Of a stretch of 64,000 nucleotides of DNA, positions 40,589 through 50,738 are shown piece by piece. The translations under genes and the position numbers were made by a program. The first letter of the stretch is position 1. Every line of letters starts with the position of its first letter. This stretch comes from Acidobacteriota bacterium (GTDB lineage Bacteria > Acidobacteriota > UBA890 > WLXD01). The stretch is taken from positions 96,001 through 160,000 of the forward strand of contig CAXWPH010000014.1 of NCBI GenBank assembly GCA_963666055.2. The letters are read 5' to 3'. The notes beneath the pieces were generated by a model. That model was not told the DNA's origin, made no database searches, and was given only the letters and a program-made list of their open reading frames with translations.

Positions 40589-42143
40589 CTATTCCCATTC
40601 GATCCGTTGCCGGGGGCTTTGTGGATATGTCGTAGACGACGCGGTTGACGCCTTCTACTTCGTTGACGATGCGCGACCCCGTCCGCTGCAGCACGTCATG
40701 CGGAAGCGGAGCCCAATCCGCAGTCATACCATCCACCGAATGCACCGCTCGCAGAGCAATGACCTCGTCATAGGTGCGCCGGTCCCCCATTACGCCAACA
40801 CTGCGAACGGGGAGCAGCACGGCGAATGCCTGCCAGACGGCACCATACAACCCAGCGCGCCGAATTTCCTCGATGAAGATCGCGTCGGCTCCACGAACGC
40901 GCTCGAGTCGGTCCTCATCGATCGGACCCAGCACCCTGACCGCAAGGCCGGGACCCGGGAACGGGTGCCGGTGGACGAATTCATCGTCGAGGCCGAGCTC
41001 CACTCCCAAGCGGCGTACTTCGTCCTTGAAGAGCTCCCTCAATGGCTCGACCAGACCCATCGGCATGTGCTCGGGAAGACCGCCAACGTTGTGATGGCTC
41101 TTGATGGTCACCGAGGGACCGCGTACCGACACGCTCTCGATCACGTCAGGGTAAAGCGTTCCCTGAGCGAGGAACTCGAATCGCTCCCCACGGGCGCTCG
41201 CCAGCTGTTCGGCCTGGTGAGCAAATATCTCGATGAACTCGCGGCCGATGATCTTGCGCTTGATCTCGGGGTCCTCGACCCCCGCCAGCGCGTCCAGAAA
41301 GCGCTGTCTTGCGTCGACGACGTGTACCGGGAAATCAAGCCGTTTCTCGAACGATCGCTCCAATGCCGCCCGCTCGCCGCGCCGCAGCAGGCCGGTATCG
41401 ACCATCACGCAGACGACACGATCGCCAAGTGCTCGCCGCAGCAGGAGTGCGGTGACAGCCGAATCGACGCCCCCCGACAGAGCGCACAGGACACTGCCGT
41501 CGCCCACCTTGGTGCGGACGTCGGCGACGAGCTCATCGACGAAAGCCTCGGGCGTCCAGGTGGGCTCGCAACCGCAGATGTCGAAGATGAAATTACCCAA
41601 CAGCGTTGGCCCGCGCGGAGTGTGGTGGACCTCAGGGTGGAACTGGATCCCGCAGCGGCCCGCATCACCGTTCTCGATGGCAGCAATCACGCCATCCGAC
41701 CGGGCGGTGACTCGATAGCCGGCCGGAAGGTCGCGAGCCGTATCGCCGTGGCTCATCCATACAGCGTCACCGCTCGACCAGCCGGCGAGCAGGCGCGACG
41801 AGCTGTCCTCGAGCTCGACGCTGGAGCGACCGTACTCGCGCCATCTCGACGGCTCCACCGTGCCGCCGAGCTCGCTCACCAGCAGCTGCATGCCATAACA
41901 GATCCCCAGCACAGGGACTTCCGCCTCCAGCCAGGCGTGGTGACAACGCGGCGCCTCGGAGTCCGCGACGGATTCCGGGCCGCCCGACAACACCACTCCC
42001 GCCGGAGCATCGTCGGCCAGGATCTCGGGCGAAGCGTGAAACGGGAGGACCTCCGAGTACACGCCCGCCTCACGCACGCGACGCGCGATGAGCTGGGTGT
42101 ACTGGCCGCCGAAGTCGAGAATCAGGATTCGCTGTCTGCTCAC
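40589..42143 (-). CDS. guaA: GMP synthase (glutamine-hydrolysing), with an apparent +1 frameshift in the last codons
   Basis: LDFGGQYT, GICYGMQ, QFHPEV, SGGVDS, IKSHHNVGGL. The canonical end KPPATIEWE* is present after removing one G at ~40604 (ACG[G]ATC GAA TGG GAA TAG). Confidence 0.96.
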
Positions 42144-42291
42144 CTGAGGTTGTCCTCGAACAGCTTCAGAATGCGGCGGCACTCGTCGGCCCACGACGCC
42201 GGCGCTACGAGCCCGTGACTCTCTATCGGGTAGGGGCTTGGAGCCCTTCGTCGAAGTATATGGGTGACGAGTTCATGCTGTCGTACGCAGC

Positions 42292-44778
42292 TCACAAGAG
42301 GCTCTGTGGGTCGATATCGATCACCAAGTCGCGTGGCAACCGGCGTGCCTGCCGCAAGCGTCGCATCGATCGCCTCAGATGGTCACTGAGATCACCTCGG
42401 GTGGCGGCCTTGAGCAGCAGCTGGACACGGTACTTACCGCGCAGCCTCGAGATTGCCGGCGACGCCGGACCAAGCACGTCGACTCCCTCCCCCGCATGAG
42501 CTCGTAGCGCGGCCGCCAAGCGGTCCGCATCCTCCTGCGCCGACGCGGCCAGCTTACCCCTGCAGACGCACGCTGCAAGCGCCACGAAGGGCGGATACCG
42601 CAGCCGTCGTCGATACTCGATCTCGCGCTCATAGAATGCCTCGAAGTCGTGGTGCATCGCCGCCTCGATGGCGTAGTGGTGCGGTTGGTGTGCCTGCAGC
42701 AGCACTTCTCCAACAACCTCGCCACGACCGGCGCGTCCCGCCATTTGCGTGAGCAGCTGGAAGGTCCGCTCGGCGGCGCGAAAGTCGGGCATCGACAATG
42801 CGGCGTCGGCACCGACGACACCGACCAGTGTTACGCCGGGAAAGTCGTGTCCCTTGGCCAGCATTTGAGTACCGACAAGCACGTCGATTTCGTGTTTCCC
42901 GAAGCGCGACAGAATACGTGCGTGGGCGCCCCGCCGCCGTGTCTGATCGGCGTCGAAGCGCTCGATGCGAGCGCCCGGAAAACGTTGCCGAAGAGCCTCC
43001 TGCAGACGTTCGGTGCCGTGGCCGAGGTCATGCAGCACAGACGCCCCGCAGGCAACGCACACGCTGGGCACCGGTGCGCGGTGATCGCAGTAGTGACACC
43101 GCAGCGTGCGGTCGGATCGATGCACCGTGAGGCTCACGGCACAATGAGGACACTCCACGCGCTCGCCACAGGCACGGCAGAGCAGAACCGTCGCAAACCC
43201 GCGCCGATTGAGCAGGATCAGCGCCTGCTCGCGGTGTTCCAAGCGTGCGGCGATACTCTCCTCGAGCCGCCTCGAAATAAGGCTCCGGCCGCACTCCTTC
43301 CACTCACGCCGCATGTCGACAAGGCTCACCGCAGGCATCGGTTGACGACGCACGCGGCACGGCAGGCGCAACAGCGTCCATGCGCCGGCCGATGTCTGAC
43401 GATAACTCTCGACCGCCGGAGTTGCTGATCCCATCAGCACCGCGGCACCCTCGAGGCGGGCGCGCCAGCAGGCGACGTCACGGCCGTTGTAGCGCGGCCG
43501 TTCGTCTTGCTTATAGGCGCCGTCCTGTTCCTCGTCGATGACGATGAGACCGACGTCGGCGAGTGGCGCGAATACTGCAGATCGCGGTCCCACCACCACA
43601 CGCGAATCGCCGCGTCGGACACGCCACCAGGCACGCGCGCGCGCTCCATCAGACATCCCGGAGTGGAGCACCGCGACCCGATCGCCGAGCACCGCCCGAG
43701 CGCGCTGCTCGAGCTGCGGTGTCAGGCCGATCTCCGGAACCAGCAGCAGCACCGAACGCCCGGCGCGCAGGGCGTGCGCAGCGGCGCGCAGATAGACCTC
43801 GGTCTTGCCGCTCCCGGTCACTCCGTGCAGCAACGCCGGGTGCAGCACGCGCTCGTCGATAGCGCGCTTCACTGTGCCCAGGGCAAGCTCCTGATCGGCG
43901 GTGAGGACGAAGCCGCCAGCCCCGCCGGCTCCGAGCTGCCAGGTCGTGGCTTCCTCTAACGGACGACGCTCGAGCTCGACCAACTCCTTGCGCTCGAGCG
44001 CCGACAAACACCGAATGGGCGATACCGAGGTGCTTGGTCATCGTCGCCGCATCGATGCGCCGTGACGACTCGGCTAGCAGGGCCTCCAGCGCGCGCCGCT
44101 GCGCCGGCGCGCGCTCGGTTGCCGCATAGGCCAATGTGACATCAACGCCAGCGCACAGTCGGGCGGTGATCCGGTGCGCCCCGGGCTCGGCGCCGCTCCA
44201 CTCATCGCGCACCTCGACGACACCGGCGGCGCTCAGCTCGTAGAGCGACGCGTGCACTGATTGCGGGCTCGTCCGTCGGCGTATCACCGAGGCGGTCACC
44301 CAGCGTGCCTCGGCGCCGACGGCACGCGCTGTCTCGAAGACGGAAAGGGCCGCCGGCGACAGTCGATCGTCGACCGCCGGAGCCCGCTCGATTCGCACTC
44401 GCCGGCCGGCCGACGGATCCTGGCTTCCCTGGCGGCAGGGCCAGCTGCGCCACCTCGCCGGGTCCGACCAGATACGTCGAGGCAATCTGTTGAATCAGCA
44501 CCAGCATGAGCGGGCCAATAACCGCGTCACGATCGAGGCAATCGTCCACGGTCCGCACCCGACGGGGATCGGACACCGTCGGGTGGCTCCTCGGCCGTTT
44601 CAACGATGACCCCCTGCAACTTGCGCCCGCCGAAACGCACACTCACCCGCATCCCGGGGATCGCCTGCGGCTCGAGCGCCTCCGGTACCCGGTAGGAGAA
44701 GACGTCGTCGACGGGCGCCGGCACAGCCACGAGCGCGTAGCGTGCCGCTTCGTCGTATAGCGAAGGCTGTCGCGTCAC
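42292..44778 (-). CDS. priA: Primosomal protein N' (PriA), split across four ORF segments by three apparent +1 frameshifts
   Basis: N-terminus (FSYRVP...GMRVSVRFG) and helicase core (GVTGSGKTE, DEEQD, two CxxC clusters, GTQMLAKGHDF, QMAGRAGR). Shifts at ~44571, ~44400-44430 and ~44007. Confidence 0.92.
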
Positions 44779-44830
44779 GCCCGCGGCTCGATCCGATGGG
44801 CGACCGACCGAGCCGTGAGCTTCGATCGAC

Positions 44831-45529
44831 TCAAGGCGCTGCGAGCCGCTCCATCACCACCTGCACGTCCTCCCACGTCTTGCCCTTGTCGGCCGGATTC
44901 CGGAGTAAGTACGCCGGGTGGTAGGTGCAGACCACGGGAATCCCTAGCCACTCGTGAACCCGACCACGCAACCGGCCGAGAGGCTCGCTCGTCTGGAGTA
45001 TCGATTGCGCTGCGACGCGCCCCAGGAGCACAATGATCTCCGGACGGATCGCCTCCACCTGGCGTCGCAGAAACGGGCCACACGCTTCGAGCTCGTCCGA
45101 TTCCGGGTTGCGATTGCGCGGCGGGCGACACTTGACAGCGTTGGCGATGTAGACCTCTTCACGCTGCAGCCCCATCGCCGTGATGATGCGATTGAGCATT
45201 TGCCCGGCGCGGCCCACGAAGGGCTCGCCTTGCAAGTCCTCATCGCGGCCAGGGCCTTCGCCAATGAACATCAGCCGGGCATGTGACGGGCCGACGCCGA
45301 ACACTACGTTCGTACGTCCCTCGCAGAGCTTGCACAAAGTGCATCCGGCCGATTCCGCGGCGATCTCCTCGAGGCTTTCTCCTCCTGACGCGCCCGCCAG
45401 TACTGTGGGACCCTCCACCGGACTCCGCGTCTCGGTCTCCAGGCCCCAGACCCCCTCGCGCTCAAGGGTTTCCAAATGCACAACGAGATGGCGCCGAATG
45501 CCGTCGTCGGTCGGGCCGGAGCCGGTCAC
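44831..45529 (-). CDS. udg: Uracil-DNA glycosylase, family 4 (4Fe-4S)
   Basis: CTLCKL..GRTNVVFG, GEGPG..ED..G.PFVG, KCRPP.NR.P, YHPAYLLR. Its GTG start at 45529 overlaps a TGA. Confidence 0.92.
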   Translation of the reverse strand: MTGSGPTDDGIRRHLVVHLETLEREGVWGLETETRSPVEGPTVLAGASGGESLEEIAAESAGCTLCKLCEGRTNVVFGVGPSHARLMFIGEGPGRDEDLQGEPFVGRAGQMLNRIITAMGLQREEVYIANAVKCRPPRNRNPESDELEACGPFLRRQVEAIRPEIIVLLGRVAAQSILQTSEPLGRLRGRVHEWLGIPVVCTYHPAYLLRNPADKGKTWEDVQVVMERLAAP

Positions 45530-46759
45530 GAGCTCGCCTCGGCGCGGTAAGCGAGAAACCGCCTCCCACACGGCACCAGCGATCTCGGCCTTCGACGCGG
45601 GCCCGACTTGCGCCCGCCCGCCACGTCGGTCGAGGATGACCACTTCGTTTTCGTCAGCTCCCATGCCACGGCCGGTGGCGTCAACGAGGTTGCCGACGAT
45701 GAGATCACATCCTTTTTGCTCCATTTTGCCCAGCGCCTGCGCCTCGAGGTCACGCGTCTCGGCAGCGAATCCCACCAGCAGCGGCGGGGCCGATCGGGTG
45801 CCCAGTTCCGCGAGAATGTCGACGGTACGCGTCAGCTCGAGTTGAAGCGAGTCCGATCCGGCTTTCTTGATCTTGTCGGCGGCCGGTGTGGGAACGGTGA
45901 AGTCACAGACCGCCGCGGCCATGATGACGATGTCGCAACTATCCACGGCGTCAAACACTGCTGCCGCCATTTGCGACGCACTTTCGACCCGCTCCACCAG
46001 CGCACCCGGAGGGTCAAGCAAGCAGGTCGGACCCGACACCAGGCGCACACGCGCGCCGAGCAGCGCGGCCTCGGCGGCGATGGCATAGCCCATCTTGCCG
46101 CTAGAGCGGTTCGTAAGGACTCGAACCGGGTCCAGCGCCTCACGCGTAGGGCCGGCGGTGACCAAGACGCCGACGCCCTGCAAAGGCCGCACCGTCGCAC
46201 GTTCGCTCAGCAGTGGAGTAGCCGCTGCGACGATCTCGTTGGGCTCTGACATGCGCCCCGGCCCCTGTCGCCCGGACGCCAGCGCGCCGCTACGCGGGCC
46301 CACCACCTGGACGCCGCGTTGGCGTAGCAACTCCAGATTTCTCTGCACCGCCGGCTGCCGATACATATCGTCTTCCATCGCCGGAGCAACGAGCACCCGG
46401 CCGGCCGCCGCCAACAGTAAGGTCGAAGGGAAGTCGTCGCCGATACCGTGCGCCATCTTGGCGATGAAGCTCGCGGTCGCAGGAGCCACGCATACGAGGT
46501 CGGCTCGCTCGGCCCACCGCACATGCGGGATCTGCTCGGGCGACGGATCGTCAAATAGCGAGGCGACCACACGATTGCCCGAGAGCGCAGCGAAGGTCCG
46601 CGGTGCGACAAACTTTGTCGCTGCTGGCGTCATGGCGACGTGCACATCGGCGCCCGCGTCACGGAATCGCCGTACCACCTCGCACGCCTTGTAGGCGGCG
46701 ATACCGCCGCTTACCACCAGCACTACTTGTAACTGGCGCGCCTTCGACTCAGCGCTCAT
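45526..46759 (-). CDS. coaBC: Phosphopantothenoylcysteine decarboxylase/ligase; reads in-frame into udg in this sequence
   Basis: SGGIAAYKA, APATA, TAGPTRE.LDPVR..TNRSSGKMG, VGFAAET. Removing one T at ~45557 gives AVLAYRAEASS*, ending at 45526. Confidence 0.95.
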
Positions 46760-46803
46760 GGCGTTCAGGCAGGCCTGGCGCTTGTAGCCGCCGCCTGCTG
46801 CTC

Positions 46804-47037
46804 CTATTCGGCGCTTTCCTTTTCCCCAACCGCCTCTTGCAATCCAGCGGTCACGAGGTCGGCGGCTTTGGGATCACGCAGCTCCCACGGGACCACTCCG
46901 GCGCGTACCTCCTGGATCGCCAGCGTGCTGTACTTGCGAGCGTTGGAGTCGACCTTGGGCCGCGCTCCTCGCATCAACTGCAAGCAACGCTTGGCCGCGA
47001 CTTCGACGAATAGATACTCGCTGTCTGGCATGCTCAT
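46804..47037 (-). CDS. rpoZ: RNA polymerase omega subunit
   Basis: YLFVEVAAKRCLQL..GA.P...A.QEV; gmk-rpoZ-coaBC context. Confidence 0.88.
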   Translation of the reverse strand: MSMPDSEYLFVEVAAKRCLQLMRGARPKVDSNARKYSTLAIQEVRAGVVPWELRDPKAADLVTAGLQEAVGEKESAE

Positions 47038-47069
47038 CTTTGCTCCAACGCGTTCTGCCCGTGATTGGG

Positions 47070-47711
47070 CTACCCCTGTGCCGAACACCGGAAAGCTGCG
47101 AGGATAGCCTCAGCCTCCCCGACCCGTCGGGCCTGTCGACTGCGCTCAGCCCGCACGATTCCCTCGAGCTCGGCAACGGCGGTTTCAAACTCGTCATTGA
47201 CGATAACGTAATCGTAGCTCAGATATTGCTCGATTTCGTGCACTGCCACTGTGAGTCGGGCCGCTTGATCAGCCTGTCGCCCCAGATCGGATCCATCGCG
47301 GCGCCGGAGACGCCGCTGCAGAGCCTGCAGAGACGGCGGCAGCACGAAGATGGTGACGGCGGTGTCGAGCGCCTCACGGACGGCAGCGGCCCCTTGAACA
47401 TCGATGACCAAGACCGCGTCGTTCCCTGCGGACTGGATGCGATCAATCTCCGCCCGTGGCGTGCCGTATTGGTGACCGTGCACCTCGGCCCACTCGAGGA
47501 ACGCTCCCGCCTGTCGACGCCGGTCGAACTCCTCCGCGTCGAGAAAGTAATACTCGCGCCCATCCTGCTCGTCAGGGCGCGGCGCACGGGTAGTGGCGGA
47601 AACGGTTCGCTCTAGCCGTTCGACCCGGCCGAGCACAGCATCGGCCAACGAGGTCTTACCGGTGCCGGAGGGCGCCGACACCACAAAGCAGAACGGAACG
47701 TCCTCACTCAA
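47070..47711 (-). CDS. gmk: Guanylate kinase
   Basis: SAPSGTGKTS, SATTRAPR..E.DGREYYF, FLEWAEVHG..YGT, IDVQGA. Confidence 0.96.
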   Translation of the reverse strand: MSEDVPFCFVVSAPSGTGKTSLADAVLGRVERLERTVSATTRAPRPDEQDGREYYFLDAEEFDRRRQAGAFLEWAEVHGHQYGTPRAEIDRIQSAGNDAVLVIDVQGAAAVREALDTAVTIFVLPPSLQALQRRLRRRDGSDLGRQADQAARLTVAVHEIEQYLSYDYVIVNDEFETAVAELEGIVRAERSRQARRVGEAEAILAAFRCSAQG

Positions 47712-48582
47712 TGTTCTGTATCTGCTCACGAATACGCTCGAGCTCGGCCTTGAGCTCCACCACGGTTTCAGCAACGACGAGGTCCTTGACCTTGGATGCA
47801 ACCGTGTTGAGCTCGCGGTGAACTTCCTGAACGAGGAAGTCCAGCGTACGTCCGACGGGCTCGTCGCGCTGTAACAGGTCCTCGAGCTTCGCCAGATGCG
47901 AGCGCAATCGGACGACCTCCTCGGTAACGTCGGCGCGCTCTGCATGGTACGCGGCTTCCTGCACGATCCGGTCCTCATCGACGGCCACCCCGGTGTCTAC
48001 GAGCAGGCCCTGAATGCGCTCCCGCAACTGATCGCGAATGCGGGCGGGCAATTCCTGCGCCGCCACTGCGATGGCCTCCACCCCGGCACTGAGCGTCGCA
48101 GCGCGGGTGGCAAGATCGGCTACGAGATGCTCCCCTTCGCGACAGCGCATAGCATCCAGGGCGTCGAGGGCCTGGCCGGCGGCACGATCTAGAAGCTGCC
48201 GCAGCTCTTCCGCGTCCGCCGCGCTGGCGCCGTCGACAACGACACCCGGGAGCGCCAGCAGGGTCTGGAGGTCGGGCGCAAACGGCGTACCCAGCTCTTC
48301 GGCGACATCTTGTAGTTCGCCCAGCCAATGACTCAGCAGATCGCGACGGATGTGCGGCGCGCCCGCCCCGGCACCGCCGAGCGTCGCGGACAGGTCAACT
48401 TTGCCGCGGTGGACGCGCGCCAGCACGCGACGGCGCACCGGCTCCTCGAACGCCGCCAGCATGCCCGGCAGGCGCAGCGAAACACGGCAATACCTGTGGT
48501 TTACGGCGCGAACCTCGACGGTGAGTTGCAGATTCTCCGACGAAGCCTCGCCGCGCCCGTGACCGCTCATACTCCGAACCAT
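47704..48582 (-). CDS. yicC: YicC/YloC family endoribonuclease
   Basis: MVRSMSGHGR, VNHRY, EEVVRL.SH, GRTLDFL.QE..RE.NT..SK, REQIQNIE. Confidence 0.95.
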   Translation of the reverse strand: MVRSMSGHGRGEASSENLQLTVEVRAVNHRYCRVSLRLPGMLAAFEEPVRRRVLARVHRGKVDLSATLGGAGAGAPHIRRDLLSHWLGELQDVAEELGTPFAPDLQTLLALPGVVVDGASAADAEELRQLLDRAAGQALDALDAMRCREGEHLVADLATRAATLSAGVEAIAVAAQELPARIRDQLRERIQGLLVDTGVAVDEDRIVQEAAYHAERADVTEEVVRLRSHLAKLEDLLQRDEPVGRTLDFLVQEVHRELNTVASKVKDLVVAETVVELKAELERIREQIQNIE

Positions 48583-48661
48583 GGCGGGCCATGTTAGCAG
48601 GACGCCGCCCTATCTCGTTGCGCGGTTCGACGTAACTCCGAGCTGGTGGAAGAGTGGCAGG

Positions 48662-50596
48662 CTAGTCCAGTCCGAAGGCCAGCAACACATTCCCCGGCGC
48701 GCCGCCGAGAATCGCGTAGCCGGAGCCCATGAACATCATCCCGTCGACGATCGTCGGCGCGCCGCCACCAATTCCACCGCCGAAGCCCGCCACACCGTTC
48801 ACGGTCTCGAACTCGCGCTGGGTGGGATACTCCCAGAGAATCGTACCGTCCTCGGACGAGTACGAACGCAGGACGCCGTTCCACGATCCGGTCAACACGG
48901 CGCCGGGGATAGCGCTCGCCGACGACCAGTTGGCCGACGAACACTGCCTCGCCTCAGGATCCGGACAGTCGTCCGGCTTCTCGAGCTCCGTGTACCAAAC
49001 GCGGGAGCCATCGGCTGGGCGTATCGCCGCGATAGCACCGGTCCCGTCGCGGAACGGCAGCGGCTTGAAGTAGTACTCACCGTCGAAGGCACCTCCGAAG
49101 CCGCCGTTGGCCGCCGCCAGCCTGTCGCCGGCCTGGGAGACCCAAAGGATGGCCCCGTTGTTGTCGGGATCGAGGGCGGTCATCCGCCCGCTCTCCTGTC
49201 CGGTGATGATCATGCGGCGACCGTCAGGTGCGGTGTACAGCACCGGCGCCCCCGACGGGTCATCGTCCGGATCGTTGACGTAGCCGGGGCAGTTGAGCCG
49301 CATCTCCTCCGGAGTCCGACCGCACCCGCCCCCGTGTCGATCCATCGGCACGAGCTGCGTCGACCATTGCCGCGCCCCGGTGTCCATGTCGAACGCCATG
49401 ATGGAGACGCAGGCACCACCGTCGAATCCGGCCTTCTGCTCGAAGAACTCCGAGATGTAGCAGGTTCCGGCAGCGGCGTAGACGCGGCGCAGCTTGAGAT
49501 CGATCGTCGGTGCGTTCCAGACCGCGGCACCGGCTGGCCCGTAAAGCTGCGTGCCCGCCGAGTTCCTGCGCAGCGGACGCGGACGCTCGGTCATCGTAAA
49601 CGTCTTCCACACTGCTTTCCCGGTGTTCACGTTGATCGCCGTGAGGCTGCCCTGGAACTTGCAGCACTCGTAGGTCAGCTGCCGTCCGGGGATCTGCTCC
49701 CACGACGAGACCCCGACGTAGAGATGGCCGCCGGGCGAAGGATCGAGCGTCGGCGGGCCGGTGATCTTGGCGGCCTGGTGGTCGTCGGGAAGCAACGACC
49801 AGAGCTCCTCGCCGGTCTCCGCGTTGACCGCGGTGACATACCCCATGTAGTCGCCGAAATAGGCGGCGTAACGAACCCCGGAGATCTCCGTGATCTCGCC
49901 GATGCTCACCGCCGTGCGAACCTGCCCCGGTGCCTCGTACGACCAGTGTATGCAGCCCGTCTTGGCATCCAGCGCATACACGAAGTTGTTGTCGCTGCCG
50001 ATGAACAACGCCCCGCCGACAACCGTCGGCTGCGTCCACGCAGCCGAGGCCGCACCTGGAATCGCGAACGCCCACTTGAGCTTCAGCTGCGACATGTGCG
50101 AGGCGGTCAATCCGCCGGCTTCCTGCGGCTGGAACCGGTAGGACTTCGTCGGATCGGGAGTCCAACCGTTCCAACTCGGCTGCTCGAATGGATCGTCCAA
50201 GCTCAGAGGGCTGCTACACGGGTTGCTCATGGCCGCCGCGGTGCGGTCGGCAGTGCCGCCGAACGGCTTGCCGGTCACCAGCTCCGCCATCGCCCGTAGC
50301 TGTGCCTCACTGAAGCCGTCCGCAAACTCCACCATCGGCCCGGTCGTAAGGGCGGCAAGCACGCGCTCCGGCTCCAACAGCCGAAGCGTTTGCCGGCTGG
50401 GTGCCATGCTGTCAGGGCTGCGGTTGTCGTGACAGGAGGCACATCTCCCCTCAAAGGGCGACACCATGCTTGCGGTGGAGGCCACCGCGGGGGGCTCCTG
50501 TTGGGCCCAGGCAGGCGCGGAAAGCGACTGCACCATCAACGCGGACAACGCGAGAATCGCCGTCAAGGTGCCCGTCAACAACACTCTTCTCAACAT
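48662..50596 (-). CDS. Exported quinohemoprotein: N-terminal cytochrome c plus PQQ beta-propeller (PVA-dehydrogenase-like)
   Basis: Signal peptide, CASCH heme motif, repeated xxGxxxW propeller motifs, LKLKWAF, YECCKFQGS, GAAVWNAPT, C-terminal GNVLLAF. Confidence 0.85.
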   Translation of the reverse strand: MLRRVLLTGTLTAILALSALMVQSLSAPAWAQQEPPAVASTASMVSPFEGRCASCHDNRSPDSMAPSRQTLRLLEPERVLAALTTGPMVEFADGFSEAQLRAMAELVTGKPFGGTADRTAAAMSNPCSSPLSLDDPFEQPSWNGWTPDPTKSYRFQPQEAGGLTASHMSQLKLKWAFAIPGAASAAWTQPTVVGGALFIGSDNNFVYALDAKTGCIHWSYEAPGQVRTAVSIGEITEISGVRYAAYFGDYMGYVTAVNAETGEELWSLLPDDHQAAKITGPPTLDPSPGGHLYVGVSSWEQIPGRQLTYECCKFQGSLTAINVNTGKAVWKTFTMTERPRPLRRNSAGTQLYGPAGAAVWNAPTIDLKLRRVYAAAGTCYISEFFEQKAGFDGGACVSIMAFDMDTGARQWSTQLVPMDRHGGGCGRTPEEMRLNCPGYVNDPDDDPSGAPVLYTAPDGRRMIITGQESGRMTALDPDNNGAILWVSQAGDRLAAANGGFGGAFDGEYYFKPLPFRDGTGAIAAIRPADGSRVWYTELEKPDDCPDPEARQCSSANWSSASAIPGAVLTGSWNGVLRSYSSEDGTILWEYPTQREFETVNGVAGFGGGIGGGAPTIVDGMMFMGSGYAILGGAPGNVLLAFGLD

Positions 50597-50738
50597 CAGA
50601 GGCCTCCAGCCTTTGCGACTTTGGTCGTGCGCAGTTTGCAGCACGCTGCATCGTAGGGACCCGTAAGCGACAGGGCAAGTACGGCGCTGATCTCTTCCGA
50701 CTGCAGCGACCCGCCGCGCGCCGTGGATTGCGCCGGGC

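Noticed and set aside
40500-42218. 572-aa + strand ORF
   Set aside because: Antisense shadow of guaA caused by high-GC codon bias; no motifs.
42292-44778. priA as a true pseudogene
   Set aside because: Only +1 insertions of the type seen in neighbouring essential genes; motifs are intact and I saw no nonsense codons, so consensus error is more likely.
48581-50299. 572-aa + strand ORF
   Set aside because: Antisense shadow of the PQQ dehydrogenase gene; Arg-rich and without motifs.
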